From Antechinus flavipes (Eukaryota), in assembly GCF_016432865.1 (NCBI RefSeq), contig NC_067400.1, forward strand, positions 147,436,001 through 147,500,000: a stretch of DNA of 64,000 nucleotides, given 5' to 3'. Below are positions 52,501-64,000 of the stretch, piece by piece. The stretch's first letter is position 1, and the number at the start of each line of letters is the position of its first letter. Below the pieces are notes generated by a model that did no database searches, was not told the origin of the DNA, and worked only from the letters and a program-made list of their open reading frames with translations. The position numbers and the translations under genes are program-made.

Positions 52501-55500
52501 AAGTAAATGGAGAAGACAATAACAAACATGTTCCCAAACCCAAATTGTTGTTATTCTGCCTACCTTTTATCAGCAAAGTTGCTGATCCAAATTTACCAGA
52601 CATTTGGTTTTTCTTTTTCTTCCTATGTAATACATATATATTGATGAACATTAGTTCTCCATTAACAATAGTGTTAGGCAAAAAAAAAAAAAAAAGATTC
52701 AGTTACATCATTATACACCCACTTATCTTATGATATGGGTCATCAAGGATGAGAAAAATTTTAATTGGTGGTAATTCTTTGGAGCCAAATTAGTAGTTAC
52801 CTGGGGGTTCTTTTTTTCAGAGTACTTTGGTTTTATTAAAATATCACATCACTAAATTGTTCTCAATTCTGGGGGGAAAAAAAGCCTAAAACACTTTGGA
52901 GGCTCTATTAAAAAAATTCTCATTATCAACAAATCTTTGAAAAACCTCTTTAGCGTCTGTTGAAATATGCCCCCCCCCCATGCCGAAAAGTGGTAAGGAG
53001 AAATCCTGGGACTTTTCTTAATTAAGCAATAAGATATGGCGGAGGGGGGTGTAATGCTGAGATGTCATACATCTGAAGCATTAAAAAGCTGAATACAGTT
53101 AAATACCTCTAAATCCTTAGGTATCTGATTCTCCGCCAAACGTGCCTTATTGCTGTTATAAAAAGTCTTTTCATATTTCTAAGTAGGATGTTCCAAATAG
53201 GCAAAGGCCCAGTTGGATGGGGTGTCTTGGTTTGGAAACTAATGTGACAAAAGCTATAATTTTCTCTCTTCCTACACCCTATTATCATTTAGGGATGGTG
53301 AGAGGGAAGTGGTGAGCTTATACCACATATTATATTTTAATTCCTGCACCAGTAAATAAGACAAAAGTCTGTGTAACCCCCAAGATCATCCCTACTACTG
53401 TGGATATCAGAATGAATAACATTTAATTCTGGAAATCTGCCAATAGTGGTCTGGGCAACCTATTCTGGCTATTTAAAAATTTATACATTTTTCTTAAAAA
53501 ACCTTTCTAGCAAATTTTTGCAGCTTACCAGTTGCTGGGACTAATAATGCTACTACAAGTGTTAATGCAGTACCATTTCCCCACTCTCATCCCCAACATC
53601 AGATAGCAGTTGATCAGTCAATGAATGATGATGAGTTGATTAAGGGGCATTCCTTGACACTGTTGCTATGATATTCAGTACTGTATGTAGAGACTTGACA
53701 CCTCAGCGATGAAGACTTTAACATGCCTTATTTGTCCTAGTTACTTTTTTACAGTATGATGACTTAATAATAAGAGTTATTAGCTGCTTCTTCATTATAA
53801 ATAAACTATATCTGCTCTGCCATGCAAACTATCCAATTCATTTTTTGAAGAACCATGTTAGACCATTCTGGTCACATCACCAACTCACCTAATTTTTATT
53901 CTTTCACTTTCGTTTGATTTGTATTCCATGAAGGAAGGTATTCCAGTGGTTTTGGGGGAAAAAAGGATTTGGAACCCTCTGATGGACTACAATAAATACT
54001 TTAATTAAGTACATGATTTGTGTCCTTGTAATTTTTCCTCAATACTTTCAAAATGGTCTCTTTTGTAGTATTCCTTCAGCTCTGGAACTGAGGATAGCAG
54101 CAAAGTAAGTCAAATATACTCATTGGAAGGAAGATTCTCTTAGTTTCTTCTATATATTCACTAAAATCAATTCAATTCAACAATCCTTTGTAGATATTTC
54201 AAAAAGGTTGGTTATAGTAACAGACCTTTATGTTGGACTTTACACACATTATCCCACTTGATCATCACAATAACCAGAGGTAAGTATTATTGCAGATATC
54301 ATTATCCCCCATTTTATAAGATGAGGAAACTGAAATTTTAAAAGGTTGAAAGATACAATCATAGTCATACATACAGTCATGTATATGATAGTAAGAGAGA
54401 AGTGAACCCAGATTTTCCCAGGTCTAAATTAAATACATTATCCCTGCATTTTGCTCATCATTAAAGTTCAGTAGTAAATTGCATCGATTTGGACAAAAGC
54501 AGATTCCTTTCCTTGAAATAAGCTGATTCTGTGATCCAGTCATACATATACACTCACATAATGGCTACAGAATTTATAGCAATTATTGCTCCTATTTCTA
54601 TGGAATTTTGAGAATTAGAAAATCACTTTCATTACAATGACCTTTTGAGGTAGACAGGGACAATTATCCCTATGCGATGGCTGAGGCAGTTGAAGATCAA
54701 GTCATATATCAAATATGACCTTAGTCCTCTGATTCTATATCGTCTAACCCACACTTCTCCTTATGTTGCTTAGTTGAGTCTTCAGTCCTCAGGATCATTG
54801 GGCCCAACTGTAGCCTTTCCTGGAATGGCTCCTATTTGGAGATATTAAAGCTAAAGCTAGATAATCACTTGGGTATATTATATCAGAGATTCCTGTCAGG
54901 AGTGGTTGGATGAAATAGCAGTTGAGATACCTTCTAACTCTCAGATTCAGTATCTCATTAATCACATTGATTCTTTGTGATCCATTTTCTAGCTTTCTGC
55001 TGGCCTGAGACTTTCACTGGCTGATTTTAGATTGCTTTCTGAAACAGAAGGAATCATATTCCTATCTTAGTTCTATTTATTTTAACAAGCATTCACTATG
55101 TGCATATGTCAAGCGCTGTGCTTAATCATTGTATTAAGGATTGTCTTAATGATTTTCCTAAAAGATTACACTCTTTGAAGTCCATATTCAGCTTCTGCTA
55201 ATATCCATTAAGTAACCTAATTAATAAGGGATCCTTTTAAAAAATAAAAACTTTGTATCCTATGAAGAATGAATATTTGGGAGGTTAAGTGTGGCTAAGA
55301 TTTTGGCTTTATGTAGACTGCTCAAAAGAAAGATACAGTATTTATTCAACAGAATCAGTTAATTGGAGGAAGTCACTTGAAAGACCCTGGAAATTTTTCC
55401 TACCAAAAAGATAAGAAAGGAGAAAGGAAGAAAAGGAGGAGAGATGGAGGAAGAAAGAAAGGGATGAGAGAGAGAAGAAACATTTTCCTTTGAATTAAAT

Positions 55501-56667
55501 TTTATTACTTCTCATATCAGGGATCAAAATTGTTCACAATATCAATTTAAGTTCTGCACAATATGTAACTATCTTTAGGGAAGCTTGATATTAACAGATT
55601 TCAGAAAAGAGATGTGATTTAGAAGGGAAAACTAAAAGAAAGAAAATGTACTTTGGCAAATGAAGTAGAATGTATCTAAACAAAATTGAAGTAAGGGCAA
55701 TATTTCTTTAAAGAGTACATATGAGTCAGAGGCAGAAATTTTAGTAGCTTATTGAATGTGGGAGGAGAGAATATTAAAAAGGGAGTATTTAGTAACCTTA
55801 AAGATGAGGAACAGAAAATGAGAGAAAGCAATTGAACACATTCAAGGCAATGTGATGAAAGTGTCAGAAAGGGAAAATAAGTTCAGAAGTGTTCAAGGGA
55901 GCCAGAAAAGATGAACTGAGATGCAAGGAAGCCAGAAATTATTATTCATTGATTATCTGGCATTGCTAATTTGAGTGTCATTCTAAAATCAATTTTACAT
56001 TTTTATTTTAAATTGATTGTACCATACAACCCTATAGAGAAGGCCTTACAAGGTTTGGATAGATACAAATAAAAATAAGTCATTTGCAAAGCTTCTGAAT
56101 TTCATCAACTTTCCCACATAACGTTTTTTCATTACAAAAATATCAGAACAACTATGCAGTTATGGATGTATTGTCTTCTGCACTTTTTCTTAATGTCTCA
56201 CCTTCATAATAGTTAGTATTCTTCAGAGTTTGTCAGTAGCCATTACCAACCCTTAGGGAAAAAAAATAGAAATTAAGAAATGGTTGATTCTAACCAGTGT
56301 TAGACATTAAAAGGAAATCCAGTTTAAGGCATAAAACACTCATCTATCACGATTTCCAGAGCTAATCATTTCTATTTCTATTATCTTATTCAACCTTATT
56401 TCATTTATTACTGGAAAGTTGATACCTGATGATTACTGAAACTGAGGTAGTGTTTACTGAAGAAAATTAAACTTGTTTGAAAGTTCCTTTATAGTAAAGG
56501 AAAATAAATGAGATTTGTCTCCTGAACTCATCTGAAACTGCAAATATCTTCTGCCATGTCAGATTAAAAATAAGAATTTATCTATTATCATTATATAACA
56601 TTAGATATATAATTATATAATATATCTTATGTATAAGCATAATACAGTTGGTTCTTATGTCCAAAAG

Positions 56668-56668
<1 letters not shown>

Positions 56669-56701
<33 letters not shown>

Positions 56702-56892
56702 TGTGTGTGTGGAGAGAGAGAGAGAGAGAGAGAAACAGAGAGAGAAACAGACAGGAAGAGAAGACAGAGACAGAGAGAGGGGGGGGAGGAATGGGAGGGA
56801 AGGAAGGAAGAAGGGAGGGAGCGAAGGAGAGAGAGCACACTAACTAGGAACATGTCATTTACCAAAAAAACAACAACAACAACAACAACAAC
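56669..56892. repeat. Compound microsatellite (AC)15-(GT)6-(GA)n / purine tract-(CAA)n
   Basis: Direct reading. Confidence 0.95.
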
Positions 56893-59787
56893 ATAAAGAT
56901 ATAAGATATAATCCAAAGCTAATCATATTATTTTAACATCTAACATCCTTTTTTTGTTGTACCTAAAACTAGTGGCATTTTGTTATTATAATATTTCTAG
57001 AATCTCACTATTTTTCCATTATTCAGATTCCTTCTTCTTGCTATTTAGAATGAGCCAGTCTACAGAATCATGGCTAAGACACTGCCCCTTGCAGTATACA
57101 ATGAACTAAATGCCATATACTCTTATTTAAACAGCCACTTGATAAATTCCATCTTGAAGCCAATGTCAAAAGAAACATATGTGTAGCTTACCTCCTATGT
57201 CAGCTATTTAGAACTATATAACAAACACTACATAAAAGGGTTGGGATATTTACTTACACTATTCTTTTAACATCCAAGTGAGGGGTTTAGTTTAGATGAC
57301 CATTGGCATCTCTTTCAAATCTAGATCCCTGACTCCATGATCATCTTTGATTTTTATTTCTATTACCAGGAATTGTACTTTTATTCCAAGACAAACACTT
57401 TGGGTTTTTTTGAGCATTGTAATTAATTAAGGTACTGGAAGGAGAAAATGAAACAGGAAGAAAGTCTGACTTTCCCAGGGGGTGATTTTGCAGATTTGTT
57501 GAGCCTGACATATAGAGATAGAGAGTTGGTTTCATGGCCTTCACTAAAATCTGTGAAACATTTATCCCAAATTTCCTAGAGATCAGGGCCTCATCCTTTC
57601 CCAAAGATAGCCATTTTTGTTCTTCTGTTCTTCCTTAGAAAAATAATGAGCTAAATGCAGTATACAATTGTAATAATTAATTCATCTCAATGCTTGCTAA
57701 TATCCATCACCCTACTGCTTTTAATTGGTTTTGTTGTTATACCAAATGTTGGTCTCCTAAACTCTAATGAGGATTGGGAGCTCTTATTAACCCAACAGAC
57801 CACTCTACTTTGAGCTAAATAGGATCATAAAAAAAAATTTAGTTCAATTCTCTCATTTTAGAGGAAAGAATAATGGGAGTCAGAGACATGAGATTACTTG
57901 AGCAAAGATGTACAAGTAAATAAGTAGCTGATTTGGAATTCAAAAATGTCGCCCAACTACGATGCCCTTTTCACCACAGTATACTATATCTCCTTAACAA
58001 TAAAATGTCAACGTCAGGCTATGGCAAAGAGGTGTTTTGGAGTAGAGATCCCTTCCTGTAAGCCAAAGTTTCTGAAACATTTTTTCACGAGTTACCTCTT
58101 TTTGCTTGAGAAATTTTTATATGATACATAAGTATACTAATCAAATATTTTCTGATAATTAATCATAACTTTGCAACTCCCACATTCAGTTATGAGATAC
58201 CATGTGATTTCAAAACACACAGTTTAAGAAGCTGGACCTTAAATCATACTGCACAACTTAATCCAACAGACTAAAGAGCAAGAAGATTTTTTAAAGTATA
58301 CATGAATCTCTGTTCCTTTAACTTTGACAGGAATCTCCACAGGAATATAAACATCGTCTCTTGACATCCACAGAGGGGCCAAAGTGTCAAGGTTCTTGTC
58401 AGAGCTGATCACGGGCAAAATCATGAAAAAAAAAATTTAATTTAATTAGTTTTTCTCACCTTCCTTACCACTTATGCCTCATTATCATGCAGCAAATAAT
58501 AGTTATACACATCATTAAATATATTAGATTAACTTTATTGTAGATATTACTTGATTACAATACTAAACTCTGTGCATTCAAGTTCAATTAAGTGCCAATT
58601 ATGTAGCACTGACCAAAATGCCATAGGACTTTATAGACATCAATGTGGGCTTGTGTATTTAGAGAAGACTTTTTATGGAGGAGATGACTCTTAAGCTTGA
58701 TTATAAGAATGGCTAGGCTTCAGATGGAGTAAGATATGGTATGAAACAAAATTGTAAATGGTTGTAAATATCAGAAGGTTTGAGAGATTTTAACAGACTC
58801 TAGAAACCCATTTTAGGTACTTGATATTATGAAAATATTTTTAAAGCTCAGTCCTTTAATGCTAAACTATTTGCCAAAGACTTAGATCTTCTAAATTCCA
58901 AGTCAAACATTCTATCTACTCTGCCACCAAGCTATTTAATAAATATTAATATGATTTATTAAAGTATATTCTTTATACTTAACTAAAGACTCAGAGAAAC
59001 TATCAATGGGTAATGCTACAAATCTTCACATCTGGGTGGCTTCCAAGTCATTACTTTTTAAATAGGAAAGGTACCCTCTCTAATGTTTCAGTGATATTTT
59101 ACTATATTTTTTTTTCTAAAGGTAGAGAAGGTAACCTGATTTCGGACTGCCTCAAGTCAGTCCTCTAGTAGTTTAGATGCTGTAATGAAATGAGTCACTG
59201 GTAAGGCTATTAAAAACTTAACAAAAGGAGATTTACTTAGTCAAAACAGGAGAAAGATATTCAACAAGAATATATATACCACAAATTGATTCAGCCTTTG
59301 AGTTGCCACCATATCCCATCAACCAAATACCAGAGTGTTTAGAACTTCTTGTTGCTTTCTTTTTCACTCAGACACTATTGTGTGATATCAGTGCCCTGAC
59401 CCATTAATTCCTTGAGCCAATTAAATCTTAAGGCTATTTTAATACCTTTTTTAAAAAGAAAAAACTACTTTAAGTTGAATGGGAATGGAGTGGTAGGATA
59501 ATGTTCCCATCACATCAATTGTTATTTGTTACTTTTATGGACAGATATGCACTTTGGGATTTTTGAGCATTTTCTTCCCATGGCTAAAAGATTTATTTGG
59601 CCTGTACACATAATAGAGAGCAGGAAGCAGACCAAAACAAACATGGCCTTCGCTAAGATTTGTGAAAAATTTCTTTCAGATTTCCCAGAGTCTAGAAACT
59701 CATCCTAAAAATATAAAAAAAGAAAAAAAGAAAAAAGTTCATTCATAGCTAGAATTTCTGACTTCATTTTAACTTTGAATTCTAAGG

Positions 59788-60010
59788 TAGGAATTCTTAA
59801 TTTGGGATCCAGTACACATGCACATATACATATTTACATATTGTGCCTATATATGTAGATAAGCACATTACATATGTATTTATTCTGATGATTGTGTTTC
59901 AACATAATTTTCTTTGTAATCCTATCTGTTTTGTTTTATGCTTTTAAAAAAACTGAAGTTTCACTAGACTACCAAAGGAGTTCATGATGCAAAATAATCA
60001 AGAATTCTTG
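59788..60010. mobile_element. hAT-Charlie-like MITE
   Basis: taggaattcttaatttgggatcc...ctagactaccaaaggagttcatgatgcaaaataatcaagaattcttg, the same family as 35233-35419. Confidence 0.55.
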
Positions 60011-60044
60011 CTATAAAAAACACTGCAATTACAGCAAACCAGTT

Positions 60045-60700
60045 AGCCAATCAATAAACTTTTATTAAGCATCCACTATGTGCTAGGGATACAGAAAGAG
60101 ACAAAAAATAGCCTCTGACTTCATAATCTAACTCATATGAGCTCATAATCTAACAGGAAAGACAACAAGCAAACAAATACAAACAAATAAGCTATAGATA
60201 GCATAAATAGGAAAGGATTAAATAGAACTGAGAAAGGTGAAATATTAAGATTAAGAGAGGTTGGAAAAGGCTTCCTGTAAAACATGGATTTTAATTGGAA
60301 TATCAGGGAAGTCTTCAGGCAGAGAAGAGGAGGGAGAATATCCCAGGCAAAGGACAACCAAAGAAAATGCCAGAGCTGAGAAATGAAGTGTCTTGTTGCC
60401 AGGAAGACAACATCACTAAGCACATGTTGGGGAATAAGATGTAAGAAAACTGAAAAGTAGGAGAGAACATAGCTATGAGGGTCTTGAATGTTGGTGTTTT
60501 GAATTTATCTATTAGTCAATAGGGAACTACTTCGGTTTTGTGAATAGGGAATGACATGGTTGGAACTGTGCTTTAAGAAAATCATTTTAGTGGCTGAAAA
60601 GAGGATGGATTGTGGGGTGAAAGAGTCGGGGAAGGCTGATATGCCAGCAGGTTATTTCTATAGTCTGGATGTGAAGTAACCAGCGTTTAAATCTGGATTT
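60045..60700 (-). mobile_element. L2 LINE 3' fragment
   Basis: agccaatcaataaacttttattaagcatccactatgtgctaggg...gaatgacatggttggaactgtgctttaagaaaatcattttagtggctg. Confidence 0.75.
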
Positions 60701-61689
60701 CTTGATCTACTTCATATGGGAGGGAAAGAGGCAGTTGTCTTATATGTAAGATGGCCTATCAGATAACTATTAAGAACTATCATAGGCTCTGACATAAAGT
60801 CCTCAGACACCATGAGGTCACCATAATAGAGAGTAGGAAGCAGACCAAAACAAATCATGGGAAAACTCACTGAGGAGAAAACTATAGTGGGGAAAGAAAC
60901 ATGCCCTCTGATAGCCTCTTATTTTAAATAATTATTTTTGAGAAATAGACACACCATGACTACAGAGCCAGTTCAAGACCTTCTTTTGATGCATATGACC
61001 AAAACCAAATCACTTAACCTCACTATGTTCCCAGTCAACTTTCTAAGCCTCTAAATTACAAATAATTTAAAGCTGTTGTTCTGCACAAATACAAAGATTT
61101 CCCACAGTTAAAGTTTCTTACAATAATAAAATCAAGTCATAGGTTGGGACAAAAAAAAAAAAAAACTAGTTGCTAAGTTCACTCTTTCTATTGCAGAAAG
61201 AGGAAAGATGCTATTAGAATCTTCAAAATTTTAGAGCATTAGAGCAAAAATCTAGTAATTTTGCTGTGAGGGGACCTATACCAGAGTTCTTTCTCTCCCC
61301 TCCCATCAACATGTTAGGCTAGATTTTTCAAAAACATTTTCAGAACTCAAGACAGAGCAAGCTAATACTTAATAGTTTGGTCACAACAGTCCTTCTGCTG
61401 AAGGACATCAAAAATGCTTTGGATAGCTTTGTTTCTAAAGACCTCTTAAGCAGTTTATCTTCCAAGTGGTGAGTGGTGATATGAAAGAAGATCTGAGTAT
61501 AGAGTGATACAAGTCATAATAAAGTACAAGGGGAATGTCTGGAGCTGACAATCCTTATCTCCTAGCATCTGAGGAAACGGTATCAACTCTGGTAAAGAAT
61601 TTTAATACTCAATCTAGTACTTAATCTGCTGCTGGAGAAACTGTAATCATTCCCTGGACACCATTTTCCATAGCAGACATTAAAGAGTG

Positions 61690-61980
61690 AAATTTATCTT
61701 TTCATTTTTTAAAGTAACAATTGATTTTCTCTATCTTCTACCATTCTGTCCCCAGTTTAAAAAAAAGCAAAGAAAGAAAAATCAGACCAATGTAACAAAT
61801 ATTGATGACCAGAAACAAATTCTTACTTTGGCTGGATGCAGAAAAGAATGTTGAGATGGCAAGCATACCTCCCCACTCCAACACATCCATGATGGTGGCA
61901 GGCTGCATTAGGGTTTAGATTTAGGAAGTATTTGAAATGCAGTCTATTTATAACATTCTGATGCCTATTTTTCTAGTAAA
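61690..61980 (-). mobile_element. Old marsupial L1 3' end fragment
   Basis: Same antisense pattern as 4065-4335 (tgtaacaaatatt...aacaaattcttactttggc). Confidence 0.5.
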
Positions 61981-64000
61981 GGAAAAAAGAGCCAATTCAC
62001 TATTTCTTATCTGCAAAAATAAACAAATGAGGTTTTCTATTGTTACATACTAAATATAATATACAACATATTAATATGATGAACATCATATCTTTGCCCA
62101 TGAACTGAGGCTTCAGTGAATTTATGGAAGAAGTCAAAGATGCCATTAGACTGGTTATAAGCCAGATATGATGTGTTTCTCAGGTTTTCCCAAATGAAAG
62201 ATCTTTGATAATAACATGAGGGGCCAAAGTACTATACCACGGTCTTGACTTTCAGCAGAACAAATCTGTTACGTAGTCAAGAGATTTTAATTTGGTTCTG
62301 GACAAGCTAAGAATTAGCTGGCAAAGGGAACAAAAATGAAGAAAAGCTATGAAATAATGAAAATATATTTTCTATGTAGACAATAAAGCAATTCCTCACG
62401 AGGAAAAATCCAAAAATGTTTAGAGCAATGGCAACATCATTAAAATAAATATTGCTTCCCAAGGTGATTACTTTGAAGAAGATAAAATTCAAAAATCACA
62501 AAATATTAGAAATTGAGATCTGCCTTAGAGATCTTTTAAGGCAATCCTTCTCAATTCTAAATAAGAGGAAACTTGGTTGCAGTATGAGGAAGTGATTTAG
62601 GACACTGGGATCACAGATGTAGAGCTAGAAGGTGACTAAACTCTTAGAAGATAAGAGATCAAACATTTATTAAGCTCTTAACATGTACTAGGAACTGTAC
62701 TAAGCACTTTATAAATATTATCTTATTTCACCTCACTATGAGCTAGGTGCTATTATTATCTCCATGTCATAGTTGAGGGAACTGAAGCAGAGATTAAGTT
62801 ATTTGCCCTGGGATCACACAAAAGCTAGTTAAGTGGCAGGATCTGGATTAGAATTCTAGTCTAGTGTTTCATCCCCTGCACTGAATTCACCAACAGCAGT
62901 TCACATCACAAAAAGAATAATATCACTATAGGATTTAGAACTGGAAGGAACTTTTGAGGTTGCCTAGTTCAGCTTCCTCATTTTACAAATGATCTAGAGC
63001 AGGTGTGACTAGCTCCTCCACTGTACCAATGCTCCCATTCTTTTAAATAACTAAGTTCTACAGTGTTTTAATTACTGCAATAAATGAGGCTGGAAAATGG
63101 AACTAGGAGAAATGTACCTCCTTTAAAAAGTCACAATTTTAAAATTTTTTCCAAAGAATACTCACAAGTCAGTTTGTATGTCATTCCCAGTGTGTGCCAG
63201 TACCATTGGTAGTAATCTGATCATCTCCGATTAGAGTTCCAGGTTGGCCAAGCTCTGCTTGGATAAGGAGACTTAGAACTGTGCCAATTATGCCTTCTCA
63301 AGCACCGAATAGTAGTTAAAGAGTTCCGATGTCTTTGTAGTTAGTAGAGAAAAGTCATCGAGTAATGAACATAGGTAAAATGGCTGAGAATAAGCATTGA
63401 ACTGTAAATTCAAAGACAGAGACTAGATATCTCTTTTTACCAGGGTAATATCAATTCTTCACTTTTGAAATTATCCCAGGGCTAAGGAGAATAAAAGGGA
63501 ATCTGACAAGCGTCAAAAGAGAAGTATTCCAAAATTATTATCAAACCCTGACTCATAACTGGACTCACTTCATGTGAAGTAGTCCTCATTACCTTACACA
63601 ACTAGGCATTTCACAAAAGAGACCATATAAATCAGCTCCCTTACTGATTCCAGAAAGAGGAAAGAGTGGGGTTTTACCTAGTCCCATTTTTAACCTTCAG
63701 AGGAAGGAATTAATTTCCAAGGGGAAAAAAACAGACTAAAATGAGATTCAGGGACCGCAAAACTCTCCCTCGCCCACCCTAATTTATCTGTGAAACTCCT
63801 TTGGAGCTGGCCAGGGTCCTGACTATCTGACAACAACAGCAAAAGCCAGACAGATATGTCTAATGATAAAGACTTCTCTACTGCAGCCTCTTCTCAGATG
63901 GGAAAATCCAGGTCTGAGGCAGCCATCTAGCTGCAAGGTGAATTACAGTAATTCAATAAACAAGATTCTGGAGCAGCTATTGTTTAAGAGTAATATATTT

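Noticed and set aside
53620-53740. ATGATGA box C-like motif suggesting a C/D snoRNA
   Set aside because: No suitably spaced CTGA box D or terminal stem, and the position is not intronic.
56578-56916. Four overlapping ORFs with THTH/ERER/VCVC runs
   Set aside because: Microsatellite translations.
45000-64000. Search for terminal exons of the expected neighbour DCT on the minus strand
   Set aside because: No DCT/tyrosinase-family translation found; it probably lies beyond the window.

Overview
AT-rich, CpG-poor vertebrate genomic DNA with five N-gaps. The repeats (WSINE1-like and MAR1-like CORE-SINEs, MIR, L2, L3/CR1, marsupial-type L1, OC1-like hAT MITEs, solo ERV LTRs) point to a marsupial, probably a dasyurid such as the Tasmanian devil; the species is an inference. 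The only protein-coding sequence I can support is the last three coding exons of glypican-6 (GPC6) on the + strand: 19780-19916, 35987-36162 and 40517-40719. All have canonical AG/GT sites and join in frame into the C-terminus with the Ser-Gly heparan-sulfate cluster and GPI signal. A multi-kb 3' UTR and about 18 kb of intergenic DNA follow, and positions 1-19779 are GPC6 intron. Nearly all ORF-track entries are repeat, low-complexity or gap artefacts. I see no convincing novel gene system. The best leads are non-coding: a pair of OC1-like hAT MITEs (a family known for horizontal transfer), a 71-nt near-perfect hairpin, two related LTRs in inverted orientation upstream of the penultimate exon, a solo LTR nested in L1 ORF1, a strong cryptic acceptor that could give a GPI-less GPC6, a MITE probably in the 3' UTR, and a CpG-retaining inverted repeat downstream. 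Repeat family names come from recalled consensus sequences, not a database search, and most repeat boundaries are approximate.
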